From assembly GCA_013214705.1 (NCBI GenBank), contig JABSRZ010000003.1, forward strand, positions 401,443 to 465,442: a stretch of 64,000 bases of DNA. Reading direction: 5' to 3'. The notes below the pieces were generated by a model, which had not been told where the DNA came from, did no database searches, and was given only the letters and a program-made list of their open reading frames with translations. Shown here piece by piece: positions 28,054 through 37,456 of this stretch. The translations under genes were made by a program, and so were the position numbers. Numbering within the stretch: the stretch's first letter is position 1; every line of letters starts with the position of its first letter. The stretch is from Hyphomicrobiales bacterium. Its GTDB lineage: Bacteria > Pseudomonadota > Alphaproteobacteria > Rhizobiales > OSC116.

Positions 28054-28653
28054 TTAAGCGATGAGTTTGGTAGCCACTTCGGCAACCACCCGACCTTGAT
28101 GGCGTGCGCCGTCTAATTCTTGTTCGGTTGGCATCCGCTCGCCGGTGGGGCCAGCCACATGGGTCATGCCGTAAGGTGAGCCGCCTTTAAGTTCGTCAAC
28201 CCCCATTTGGCCTTTATACCCATAGCCGAGCGGCACAATAATCATTCCGTGATGTTGAAGCACTGCTTGTGTGGTGATAATTGCCAGTTCTTGGCCGCCA
28301 TGTTGGGTAGATGAGGACGACATTACCGAGGCAACTTTGCCGGCCAAGGCTTGCGCCATCCAATGGCCACCGGTTTGGTCTAGAAATGATTTGAGCTGGC
28401 TGCCCATCATGCCAAAACGGGTGGAAACGCCGAAAATAATCGCATCATAATCGATCAACTCTGCCACCGTGGCTATTTCGGCATCTTGTTCTAACTTGTA
28501 ATAAGCCGATTTGGCCACGTCTTCCGGCACGGTTTCTGGGACTCGTTTTACCACAACATCGGCGCCGGTGGCGCGCGCGCCTTCGGCAGCGGCATAGGCC
28601 ATGGCTTCTATATGGCCGTAACTAGAATAATAAAGCACTAAAACTTTGGTCAT
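28054..28653 (-). CDS. wrbA: NAD(P)H:quinone oxidoreductase WrbA (flavodoxin-like)
   Basis: The N-terminus [19 protein letters not shown] and overall collinearity with the WrbA family. Confidence 0.92.
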   Translation of the reverse strand: MTKVLVLYYSSYGHIEAMAYAAAEGARATGADVVVKRVPETVPEDVAKSAYYKLEQDAEIATVAELIDYDAIIFGVSTRFGMMGSQLKSFLDQTGGHWMAQALAGKVASVMSSSSTQHGGQELAIITTQAVLQHHGMIIVPLGYGYKGQMGVDELKGGSPYGMTHVAGPTGERMPTEQELDGARHQGRVVAEVATKLIA

Positions 28654-28749
28654 TTTGTTCTCCTATTTAATGGATGCGGGGCATCCAGTTATTTGTTGAG
28701 CGGGTCTAAGCAGCTCATATTTGGTTGGGTTGGGTATATTGGGTTGGGT

Positions 28750-29193
28750 TTATTTGCTGTTTAAGCCATCAACATGTTTGACTATAAGTGTCGCAGCGGA
28801 TGGACCTGGACCAATAAGCTCAAAAACATTGCGGTCAGGGTCGCGGATGAAAATGGTTTTTGTGCCGCCAAAATCACGTCGCCCGGTAATGGGGATGCCA
28901 TTTTTTATCACGAAGGCCTCGGTCTTGGCGGCGTCTTTTACCTTGACCGCAAAATGGGTGATGCCGGGATATTTGGGTTTTTCATCCATCAATATATTTT
29001 CGCCCGGTTTGGCAGTTGCCGGGCCAAGTAGGTTAATGTTAATGCCCGAAGGGTGAAGCATCACCAGTGGATGACCGGCCTCATAACCACCGTCAGCCAC
29101 CAATTCAAAACCGATCAGCTCATAAAATGCCACTGATTTTGCGCGGTCGCTAATGCGTATGCCGATATGGTCGAAATTAGAAATATCTATCAT
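28750..29193 (-). CDS. VOC (glyoxalase/bleomycin-resistance/dioxygenase) family protein
   Basis: FDHIGIRISD..SVAFYE.. and a second beta-alpha-beta-beta-beta module (THFAVKV). The product is 147 aa. Confidence 0.8.
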   Translation of the reverse strand: MIDISNFDHIGIRISDRAKSVAFYELIGFELVADGGYEAGHPLVMLHPSGININLLGPATAKPGENILMDEKPKYPGITHFAVKVKDAAKTEAFVIKNGIPITGRRDFGGTKTIFIRDPDRNVFELIGPGPSAATLIVKHVDGLNSK

Positions 29194-29316
29194 GGTTTAT
29201 CCTTTTGCCTAAACTAGGCATATCTAACTAGTTTTATTGTCTTGCCTTCAACATAAACTTATGCTCCAATTGCAACAAGACGTTAAAAAATCACAACCCC
29301 TGTCCAATATAGTCAC

Positions 29317-30213
29317 ATGCCAAATACCGATAGAATGCGCGAATTTTTAGAAGTTGCTCGGGCGGGCAGCATTTCCCAAGCCGCACGCCAACTTGGCATG
29401 CCAAGAGCCACGCTGAGCCGCCGCATTACCGCGTTAGAAGCCGACCTAGCGGTGCGGTTACTGCACCGGCGGACCACCCGTTTGGTGCTTACGTCTGCAG
29501 GCAAAATGTTAGAACAACAAGCCAGCCGCATTGTTGCCGATATTGACGCTGCATGGGCGTCTGTGCGCCAGTTAGATGATGTCCCGCGTGGCCTATTGCG
29601 GGTGTCGATGACCGGGCCATATTTTTCAAAATTATTCACCGACTTTTTGGCTGATTACCCAGAAATTCAACTCGCCGTGCAATCGACAACCCGTCATGTA
29701 GATTTACTGGCCGAAGGGGTGGATGTGGCCATGCGCATTGGGGAAATTAAAGATGCAGACCTTATCGCGCGGAAACTACATTCTGACCGCTTATTGGTGG
29801 TCGCCTCACCGGCTTATTTAGACCAATATGGCATGCCCTCTAAGCCAAGCGAAATTACAAAACATAATTGCTTAACTGCATTTTCAGATGATTGGTTGCC
29901 CAACAAAACTTGGCCTTTATTATCTGGTGGCAGCGTGGCAATATCGGGCCGGTTGGCGGCTAACGAAATTGGCTTGGCACGCGACGCCGCCCTTAATGGT
30001 TTGGGGTTGGCTTTGCTGCCATCAGCCGCAATAACCAAAGAGCTGACTGCCGGGCTTTTGGTGCCGGTATTGTTAGACACTGTTGGCAAGGAAATTCCGA
30101 TTAGCATTGTCTATCTGGATCGAGATTATATCGAGCCGAAAGTGCGGGTGTTTGTCGACCGAGCGGTGAAGGTGATTTCTAGTGAAATGCCAAAGCCATT
30201 TAAATTCGATTAA
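29317..30213 (+). CDS. LysR-family transcriptional regulator, divergent from the VOC/WrbA/GST genes
   Basis: The wHTH (FLEVARAGSISQAARQLGMPRATLSRRITALE) and a LysR effector domain. Confidence 0.9.
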   Translation: MPNTDRMREFLEVARAGSISQAARQLGMPRATLSRRITALEADLAVRLLHRRTTRLVLTSAGKMLEQQASRIVADIDAAWASVRQLDDVPRGLLRVSMTGPYFSKLFTDFLADYPEIQLAVQSTTRHVDLLAEGVDVAMRIGEIKDADLIARKLHSDRLLVVASPAYLDQYGMPSKPSEITKHNCLTAFSDDWLPNKTWPLLSGGSVAISGRLAANEIGLARDAALNGLGLALLPSAAITKELTAGLLVPVLLDTVGKEIPISIVYLDRDYIEPKVRVFVDRAVKVISSEMPKPFKFD

Positions 30214-30329
30214 CCAACATTGTATAATGCCGTAACGTCAAAACTAAGTATCATGGCACGCAAAATTGACTTTTGAATTAAGTTTTTTTCATTTCAAGCC
30301 GCACCAGTTGCATTTTGTTAACCAATTTA

Positions 30330-30363
30330 TTACATACTCCGACTATTCCGGGAGAGTATGTAA
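30330..30363. promoter_or_regulatory. Perfect 10-bp inverted repeat (14-nt spacer) about 110 nt upstream of the chemoreceptor gene
   Basis: TTACATACTC-N14-GAGTATGTAA. It could be a protein operator or a 5'-UTR hairpin. Function is unknown. Confidence 0.3.
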
Positions 30364-30471
30364 AATATCACCGGGTTAAAAAAAGCCTTAAATCACTGGG
30401 GGGAGATTTAGATCTTTTATGGGTTTCACCATAGAGGGGGGCAGATATTTTAATTATTTTAGGATTCCTTT

Positions 30472-32619
30472 ATGTCGATAAGCATTTACAAGATCTCATT
30501 TAAACTACCAGCAGCCATTATATTTTCGGCGATAATATCGGCTTCCTGTGCTGGGTTTTTGGGATATTTTCAAATTAACAACAACATAACCGATGCGGTC
30601 AATAACCGTGTCGAGATTATTCTCAACAGCCAGAAACGGAGCCTTGAGGATTATTTGTCGCTGATCGAAAACGATTTGCATCAAAAAGCTATAAATACAG
30701 AAACAATACAAGCGCTTATCGAGTTTGACAATGCGTGGAATAAATTGGATGGCGACCAAGCAACGATTTTACAAAAAGCCTATAATGCTGATAACCCGCA
30801 TAAATTAGGTGAAAAAGAAAAGCTAGATGCAGCTCCTGAGACTACAGAATATAACAAAATTCATAAAAAATATCACCCTAGAATGCGGGATTTCTTATAT
30901 GCACGCGGCTATTATGATATCTTTTTATTCAATCTCAATGGCGACCTGATTTATTCGGTTTTTAAAGAGCTTGATTATGCCACCAACTTGACCAGCGGCG
31001 AGTATAAAGACACAGGATTGGGCACGGTATTTAAAGCTGCGTTAGACCTCAGCGCTGGCCAAGTGACATTTGATGATTTTAAACCTTATTCACCAAGCCA
31101 TGGCGCTGCTGCAAGCTTTATTGCTGAACCAGTTTTTGACTTAAGCGGGAAACGTATGGGTGTGATTGCTTTCCAAATGCCAATTGATAATATGAATAAT
31201 ATTATGAAATCACGTGGTAGATTAGGCGTTACCGGCGAAACCTTTATCGTTGGCAGTGATGGTTTAATGCGCAGCGATTCTGAGTTAAATGAACAATTCA
31301 AAATTTTACAAACTAAAATAGACTCTCCCATTTTGTCTCGATCCACAGCAGATGGCGTGGTTATAAGCATTGACGAAATATATAATGGCGCTGAGGCTAT
31401 AATGGCCGTTACCGACATTGAATTTCATAATTCGACATGGACACTGGTTGCGGTGCAAGAATTGGAAGAAATATTCGCACCTTTAACTGACGCGAGGAAT
31501 TTTATGATTCTAGTGGTTGTTGGGGTTTTATTATTGATTGGGTTTATCGGGCTGTTCATCGGCAGGTCAATTACCAAACCGATATCTAGCCTGACAAAAA
31601 TAATGTCGCTTATCGCCAACGGGAAATTAGAAACCGAGGTTCAAGGTTCATTGCGGGCCGATGAAATCGGAGATATGGCAAAAGCGGTTTCGGTTTTTAA
31701 AGACAATGCCATCACCAATATCGAACTTGAAAAGCAACAGGTTACGGACAGAAAAAATATGGAGAACCAAGCCAAGCTTGAGCAACAAAAATTTGCCAAT
31801 GATTTTAAAACCAACATTATGGGCTTTATCAATAAGGTCAGCCATAGTTGCGATGAGATGAGCGAAAGCACAGAAAGTTTGATAGAAGATGCTGTGGAGA
31901 CAGCCAATCAATCGCAAACCGCAAGGACAGCCTCTGAACGTGCTAGCGAAAATGTGCAAAACGTGGCCTCTGCGGCCGAAGAGTTAACCAATTCCATTAC
32001 CGAGATTACCCGGCAAGTGGCACAAAACCGAGAAATTATTAACGACGCGATTGCCGGTGCAAAAGCCACAAATGACTCGGTTAATAATCTTTCGGATGCG
32101 GCGAATGGCATAGGTGAAGTTATTGACCTTATACAAAGCATTGCCGAACAAACCAATTTGCTAGCGCTTAACGCCACCATCGAGGCCGCCAGAGCCGGAG
32201 ATGCAGGCAAAGGTTTTGCGGTCGTGGCATCTGAAGTGAAAGCATTGGCCAGCCAAACAGCCAGAGCGACGGATGAAATCAGCACTCAAATTAACCTGAT
32301 TCAAAGTTCGACAGAAAATACCGCGCGGGAAATTACGGAAATTACGGCGACGATGGACAAAGCCAACGACATCACAACGGCAATTTCAACCGCGATAGAT
32401 CAACAAAGTGAAGCCACATTGCTTATTTCTCAGAATATTCAAGAAACATCTAATGAAACGATATTGGTTTCTGAAAATATGATGGTGGTGAATGAGCGGG
32501 CTGAAAAAGCAAATCGGTCATCTACATTGTTGCGTGATGCCACCAATAGCATGTCAGCTCAGACCGAAGAACTTAGAACCGAGGTTGATGATTTTCTTGA
32601 CAGAGTCATTGCCAGCTAG
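30472..32619 (+). CDS. Methyl-accepting chemotaxis protein with a periplasmic Cache-type sensor and HAMP domain
   Basis: TM1, an about 300-aa periplasmic domain, TM2 ([21 protein letters not shown]), HAMP, and the highly conserved signalling hairpin [36 protein letters not shown]. Confidence 0.92.
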   Translation: MSISIYKISFKLPAAIIFSAIISASCAGFLGYFQINNNITDAVNNRVEIILNSQKRSLEDYLSLIENDLHQKAINTETIQALIEFDNAWNKLDGDQATILQKAYNADNPHKLGEKEKLDAAPETTEYNKIHKKYHPRMRDFLYARGYYDIFLFNLNGDLIYSVFKELDYATNLTSGEYKDTGLGTVFKAALDLSAGQVTFDDFKPYSPSHGAAASFIAEPVFDLSGKRMGVIAFQMPIDNMNNIMKSRGRLGVTGETFIVGSDGLMRSDSELNEQFKILQTKIDSPILSRSTADGVVISIDEIYNGAEAIMAVTDIEFHNSTWTLVAVQELEEIFAPLTDARNFMILVVVGVLLLIGFIGLFIGRSITKPISSLTKIMSLIANGKLETEVQGSLRADEIGDMAKAVSVFKDNAITNIELEKQQVTDRKNMENQAKLEQQKFANDFKTNIMGFINKVSHSCDEMSESTESLIEDAVETANQSQTARTASERASENVQNVASAAEELTNSITEITRQVAQNREIINDAIAGAKATNDSVNNLSDAANGIGEVIDLIQSIAEQTNLLALNATIEAARAGDAGKGFAVVASEVKALASQTARATDEISTQINLIQSSTENTAREITEITATMDKANDITTAISTAIDQQSEATLLISQNIQETSNETILVSENMMVVNERAEKANRSSTLLRDATNSMSAQTEELRTEVDDFLDRVIAS

Positions 32620-32624
32620 TTGAT

Positions 32625-32652
32625 TTGCTAACACATATTGGCTAACACATAT
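32625..32652. repeat. Direct 14-bp tandem repeat just after the MCP stop codon
   Basis: TTGCTAACACATAT / TGGCTAACACATAT. Confidence 0.8.
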
Positions 32653-32687
32653 AAGATCAGCTGGTATTTATGCCTGGCTTAAAAATG

Positions 32688-32715
32688 CAGGCGCTTAACC
32701 TAACTTAAGCGCCTG
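32688..32715. terminator. Perfect 11-bp hairpin between the convergent MCP and phyH-like genes (probable terminator)
   Basis: CAGGCGCTTAA-N6-TTAAGCGCCTG, followed on the + strand by a T-rich tract. It overlaps the last codons of the minus-strand gene. Confidence 0.55.
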
Positions 32716-33786
32716 TTTCAGTTTTTGTTGTTGCGATAGTGGCGCCAAACCGTTAACTGGCGGGTTGGTATCAAGATTGGTGGGAAATGGATATCCCTCG
32801 GCGCTGGCGGCAATGACATTTATTATTTCGGCTTCACTTAGCTGGCCAGTGTTAAGCGCATCGAACAAAACCGGGAGTAAGATGGCGCCCATTTTCTCGC
32901 GGTCAATGGTTTCCATCGCGCGGCCAAATGCCGAAGATATCTGCAATAAATTTACCATACGGACGACGTCTTTGGTGCTGTTAGCTCCGGCTGCGTGAAA
33001 CAGCGCCGGATTAAAAAACACCGCGTCACCTTTGGCCAGCGGCAACTGGATATAATGATTTTCAAAATATTGCTTAAAATCCTCACGCCGCCACGCTAGA
33101 TATCCAGAGGGGTAGTTTTGTGAAAAAGGCAATAATTTTGTTGGCCCGCTGGCCACCGACATATCGCAATGAGCCACCCCGCCTTGTAAGGTAAGAGATT
33201 GCGATAATTGGTGAACATGCGGCGGGTAATGGCTGGCACTATCGGCAGTTAAAAAACCAAGATGATAATCACAATGTGGTTGTTGCGCGCTACCACCCGG
33301 ACGCACCACGTTAATTTGGGAGGTCACCTGATAAGCCGGCCCTAACCAAGATTCTGCTGCCAACGCGATCATATCATTGGCATAATAGTGCGCAAAAACA
33401 TCCGGCGCTTGCAAACAAAGCTTTTCTAACGCGTTCCAAATCCGGTCATTTGCACCGGATTTGGCAAAATGATCTTCGCCTCCCATTGTGCCGCGCTCTT
33501 GGGCGATGATGCCTTGAAAAACTTCGGTCGCTTGGTCTATCTGCGTGGTGTCTGCAAACGCTTGTTTTAAAACAAAAACACCCGCGCCTGTCGACAAAAC
33601 AGCTGCCCATTCTGCCATTAAGTTTTGTTTGTATTTTGCATCGGGAATTTGATCACGTATTATCGTGCAATCATAAATCGGCACATTTTTTTGCACGTCT
33701 ACGGAATAGACAATGTCAGCATTATTATTCGGGTCGAGATGCAAAATAAACTGGTCTAGTAAACAATTTTCTTCGGTATATATCAT
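32695..33786 (-). CDS. Phytanoyl-CoA dioxygenase (PhyH) family Fe(II)/2-oxoglutarate-dependent oxygenase, substrate unknown
   Basis: An HxD iron motif (QQPHCDYHLG), a distal His (FFNPALFHAAGAN) and PhyH-like overall length. Its start lies 11 nt downstream of the iolG stop on the same strand. Confidence 0.7.
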   Translation of the reverse strand: MIYTEENCLLDQFILHLDPNNNADIVYSVDVQKNVPIYDCTIIRDQIPDAKYKQNLMAEWAAVLSTGAGVFVLKQAFADTTQIDQATEVFQGIIAQERGTMGGEDHFAKSGANDRIWNALEKLCLQAPDVFAHYYANDMIALAAESWLGPAYQVTSQINVVRPGGSAQQPHCDYHLGFLTADSASHYPPHVHQLSQSLTLQGGVAHCDMSVASGPTKLLPFSQNYPSGYLAWRREDFKQYFENHYIQLPLAKGDAVFFNPALFHAAGANSTKDVVRMVNLLQISSAFGRAMETIDREKMGAILLPVLFDALNTGQLSEAEIINVIAASAEGYPFPTNLDTNPPVNGLAPLSQQQKLKQALKLG

Positions 33787-33797
33787 GGCCTTTACCC

Positions 33798-34784
33798 TTA
33801 GATTTTAATGGTGGTTCCGGTAGAACAGGCTTTTGTAAGGGCAACTGCGATAATTTGAGCCTTTAGGCCGTCATCACCCGAGGGGGTGGGTGATACCCCG
33901 GTTTCAATGCAATCGATAAAATACGCCAGTTCGGCACTATAAGCTGGCATATAGCGTTCTAAGAAAAAATTGACTAAGGGTGCCGATTGAAAGCCATCGC
34001 CATTGGCTATTTCGACTGTGGTTTCGTGAATGTTACCCAGCCGTAACATACCTTTTGAACCATGCACTTCGAGGCGCTGGTCATAACCGTATGACGCCCG
34101 CCGCGAACAAGATATTTGACAAATTTTACCAGTGGCGGTTTTTAGGGTCGCTGCCACGGTATCAAAATCGCCAACGGTTGCTATTTCGGGGTCGACCAAA
34201 ACCGAGCCAACGGCTTGAACTTCAACCAATTCTTCGGCCAATAAAAAACGTGCCATGTCAATATCGTGAATCATCATGTCGGCAAAAATACCGCCAGAAT
34301 GCTTTATATATGATAGTGGCGGCGGCGAAGGGTCACGCGAAGTGATGATAATCTGTTCAATATCGCCTATTTCACCAGCCCGAAGCCGCGCTTGCAAGTT
34401 GGCAATGCTAGGGTCGTAGCGGCGGTTAAAGCCGATCATTAACGGAACGCCAGCTTGTTTAACGGTTTCCATACATTGGTGAATCCGGTCAATCGACAAA
34501 TCGAACGGCTTTTCGCACATGATGGCTTTGCCCGCCAATGCGGCTTGTTGGATAAGTTGGGCGTGGCTGTCGGTCGGGGTACAGATGATAACCGCATCGA
34601 CGCTATCATCGGCAAAAATTTGCTCTGCACTGCATATATTTGCACCGGTTTCGGTAGCCAAAGCACTGGCAGCAGACTCAAAAGCATCGTTAACCGCAAC
34701 GAGTTTTGCACGCTTGCTACTGCTGATTGTGCGGGCATGAACTTGGCCAATGCGGCCACAACCCAATAATGCAATGGATATCAT
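33798..34784 (-). CDS. iolG: Inositol 2-dehydrogenase (Gfo/Idh/MocA family)
   Basis: N-terminal Rossmann ISIALLGCGRIGQVHA, the EKP motif (CEKPF), its length, and its position in an iol operon. Confidence 0.8.
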   Translation of the reverse strand: MISIALLGCGRIGQVHARTISSSKRAKLVAVNDAFESAASALATETGANICSAEQIFADDSVDAVIICTPTDSHAQLIQQAALAGKAIMCEKPFDLSIDRIHQCMETVKQAGVPLMIGFNRRYDPSIANLQARLRAGEIGDIEQIIITSRDPSPPPLSYIKHSGGIFADMMIHDIDMARFLLAEELVEVQAVGSVLVDPEIATVGDFDTVAATLKTATGKICQISCSRRASYGYDQRLEVHGSKGMLRLGNIHETTVEIANGDGFQSAPLVNFFLERYMPAYSAELAYFIDCIETGVSPTPSGDDGLKAQIIAVALTKACSTGTTIKI

Positions 34785-34786
34785 AT

Positions 34787-35617
34787 TTATCTTCCTTTAA
34801 ACGAACTAATTACATCGATGGTCGCAAGTTTTACTGCATTGACAGTGGGGTTGAGCAATGCCAGCCGGTCGAAACTTTCGGGGTTATCTGCTAGCGAACG
34901 GCGCAAAGCTTTGCCAAAGGCCATGCGTAATTCGGTGCCTATGTTGAACTTACAAACACGGGTTTCGCGCGCCAAACGGATGCGAATGTCGGCTGGGATG
35001 CCACTGCCACCATGCATAACAAGCGGCAAATAGGTTAGTTTTTCGATGGCTTTTAGGGCATCAAAATCTATCGCTGTGGTTGGTTGGGTTTTCAGGTGCA
35101 CATTGCCAACCGATATAGCCAAGGCATCTGCGCCGGTTTCCGCATCAAACCGCGCGGCTTCGGCGGGCAGCGTGGTTGCAGATACTGGACCTTGGGCATA
35201 ACCCACAAAACCGACTTCGCCCTCAACAGAAACACCCGCGGCGTGAGCCACCTCAACAAGTTTGGCGGTTTTATCGATATTTTCTGAAATAGGCAGATTA
35301 GAGCCGTCAAACATGACCGAGGTAAAGCCACAGTCGATGCCTTCTAGGCACTCCTGAATGCTATATCCATGATCTATATGACAAACAACAGGCACGCTAG
35401 CTTGTTCGGCCAAATGCCGCAACATTTTGCCCAATATTGGCACTGGTGTGTGCATTCGAGACGCCGGCCCGGCTTGCAAAATGATCGGAATGCCGGTTTC
35501 CTCTGCGGCTTCAACATAAGCTTTTGCGTCTTCCCAGCCCAAAACCACCAAGCCGGCAACAGCGTGGCCTTGGTTCAGCGCCGGTATAAGGACATCTGAG
35601 AGGGTGGCTAGGGTCAT
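34787..35617 (-). CDS. iolJ: Class II aldolase (fructose/tagatose-bisphosphate aldolase family), probable 5-dehydro-2-deoxy-D-gluconate-6-phosphate aldolase
   Basis: Class II FBA motifs (VCHIDHG, VMFDGS, GEVGFVG, VMHGGSG), its position between iolB and iolG, and an ATGA overlap with iolB. Confidence 0.7.
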   Translation of the reverse strand: MTLATLSDVLIPALNQGHAVAGLVVLGWEDAKAYVEAAEETGIPIILQAGPASRMHTPVPILGKMLRHLAEQASVPVVCHIDHGYSIQECLEGIDCGFTSVMFDGSNLPISENIDKTAKLVEVAHAAGVSVEGEVGFVGYAQGPVSATTLPAEAARFDAETGADALAISVGNVHLKTQPTTAIDFDALKAIEKLTYLPLVMHGGSGIPADIRIRLARETRVCKFNIGTELRMAFGKALRRSLADNPESFDRLALLNPTVNAVKLATIDVISSFKGR

Positions 35618-36474
35618 TTGAATTTCGCAATCATATCTTTTATCCCGGGTATGGTTTCGACTTGGTAAGCGTGTTCGGGTTGGAAAAATTGCACCAGCGA
35701 GCGCTGGCTTTTGCCGCCCAAAATGGTGAAATAATACATTTCATAGCCCGGCGCGGCCACACAAGGGTGATAGCCAGAGTTGAAAGCAAATGTTGAACCA
35801 TCGATTATATGAAAAGCCTCGCCAATCTCAGCGGCTTCGGGTTGTAATAATTGCATGCCAAACCCGTGGTCGGGTTTAAAGCGAAAGTTATAAACCTCAT
35901 TATGGCAAGTTTCGTTAGGCAATCGGTCGGTGTCGTGTTTGTGCGATGGAAAACCAGACCAACCACCCGCACCTACTGTGTATAATTCTGATACCAGCAA
36001 TCTGCCGACTTTGTCATGATATTTGGTGCCTAAAATATGTTTGATTTTACGATGGGTTTTGGTGTCATCAGAGCCGTATTGAATCATCTCAATATCATCT
36101 GCACGAACCGCAAATGGGTCTAAGGTCTTGGCAAATTTTGCCCCAGCAATGAATATTTCGGCTTCATCAGATACGCAGACAAATTCGGCTTTTGCGCCAG
36201 ATGGTACATATACAGCTTCGGGTTCTCCGTCCCAAACGTTAAGCGTGCGTTTGCCAATGCTGGCATAATGTTGGCCTTCAACCTCTACATTTACACAGCC
36301 TGTCGCGGGGGCAATGCAGGTTTCGTAACCCGGTGTTTGATAAGTAAAGGCTTGGCCTTGTTTAAGTTTTACAATGTTGAAATAGGTATAGGGGGTGAGA
36401 GAATTCCCAATATCTACCAGCGGCTTATTAGAATTATCAAATGGCGGAATGTGCATATTTTTGTTTCGTTTCAA
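35614..36474 (-). CDS. iolB: 5-deoxy-glucuronate isomerase
   Basis: A cupin-type IolB/KduI-like sequence of typical length. It lies between iolC and the aldolase. The start may be the internal ATG at 36456. Confidence 0.8.
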   Translation of the reverse strand: MKRNKNMHIPPFDNSNKPLVDIGNSLTPYTYFNIVKLKQGQAFTYQTPGYETCIAPATGCVNVEVEGQHYASIGKRTLNVWDGEPEAVYVPSGAKAEFVCVSDEAEIFIAGAKFAKTLDPFAVRADDIEMIQYGSDDTKTHRKIKHILGTKYHDKVGRLLVSELYTVGAGGWSGFPSHKHDTDRLPNETCHNEVYNFRFKPDHGFGMQLLQPEAAEIGEAFHIIDGSTFAFNSGYHPCVAAPGYEMYYFTILGGKSQRSLVQFFQPEHAYQVETIPGIKDMIAKFK

Positions 36475-37456
36475 GTGAAGAAAGTGTGTTTAACTGGCGA
36501 AAAGTTGCGAGTTCCAAATGGTTGGGCATGGCTGATGAACAAGCCACGCGGGTCACCACAATTGCCGCCGATGCAGTGCCTTGAATAACGGCTTGATCGA
36601 GCGTCATACCCTCAGCCAGTCCAGCGATAAACCCGCCCATAAAAGCGTCGCCTGCGCCAGTTGGTTTTAAAGCGCTAACGGGAAATATACCAGTGTCGAA
36701 AATTCGCTCTTTCGTCAATGTGGTCGACCCAAATTCGCCTTTTTTAAAAATAACCACATCTGGCGCGGCTTTGATTAGCGATGTGGCATAATTTAAGCCT
36801 AGCTCGTAATTGCCAGCAGCGACGCCAAATTCGACATCATTGCCAATAACGATATTACACTGTGAAATCGCATCGGTATAAACGGCTTGCGCTTCTTCGG
36901 CCGATTTCCAAGTATAAGAGCGATAATCCATATCTATGACAATTGGCACATTTGCGGCGCGGGCTTGTTTGATGGCACAAAAAATTGCTGCACGCGATGG
37001 CTCTATGGCTAAGGCTGTACCAGACAGAATAACCCCGCTCACTTCTGCAAAATCAAACGCCTTTATGTCCTCTACATTCAGCTCCAGATCGGCAGCGCCT
37101 TGGCGATAAATTACCGACTGGCAATTTTCCAAACGTGTTTCTACAATCGCCAGCGTATTTCTGGCCTCGCCATCCGCAATGCGGCAATGTGCCGTGCTAA
37201 CGCCAAAATCATTTAATTTTTTGATGACACTGCGCCCGACGGCATCATCTGAAAAACAGGTGATGATGTCGACTTGACTTCCTAATTTAGCTAATGCTAC
37301 GGCAATGTTACCGGCAGAGCCGCCAACATGCGCCGAAAACAAGGTGGCATCATGCATTTCTGTGCCCGGTGGTTCGGCATAAAAATCTAGCCCGGCCCGC
37401 CCAATAGATACGAAACGTTTATGCTTTAAGAGCGCGCAAAGTGTTTTGATGCTCAT
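36437..37456 (-). CDS. iolC: 5-dehydro-2-deoxygluconokinase (PfkB family)
   Basis: PfkB signatures (GGSAGN.., DPTGAGDAFMGGF) and a 1-nt overlap of its start with the iolD stop (TAATG). Confidence 0.85.
   Translation of the reverse strand: MSIKTLCALLKHKRFVSIGRAGLDFYAEPPGTEMHDATLFSAHVGGSAGNIAVALAKLGSQVDIITCFSDDAVGRSVIKKLNDFGVSTAHCRIADGEARNTLAIVETRLENCQSVIYRQGAADLELNVEDIKAFDFAEVSGVILSGTALAIEPSRAAIFCAIKQARAANVPIVIDMDYRSYTWKSAEEAQAVYTDAISQCNIVIGNDVEFGVAAGNYELGLNYATSLIKAAPDVVIFKKGEFGSTTLTKERIFDTGIFPVSALKPTGAGDAFMGGFIAGLAEGMTLDQAVIQGTASAAIVVTRVACSSAMPNHLELATFRQLNTLSSLETKQKYAHSAI

Noticed and set aside
30400-30450. Two G6 runs in the MCP leader, considered as a G-quadruplex or riboswitch element
   Set aside because: Only two G-tracts are present, and a quadruplex needs four. 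I recognise no riboswitch consensus.
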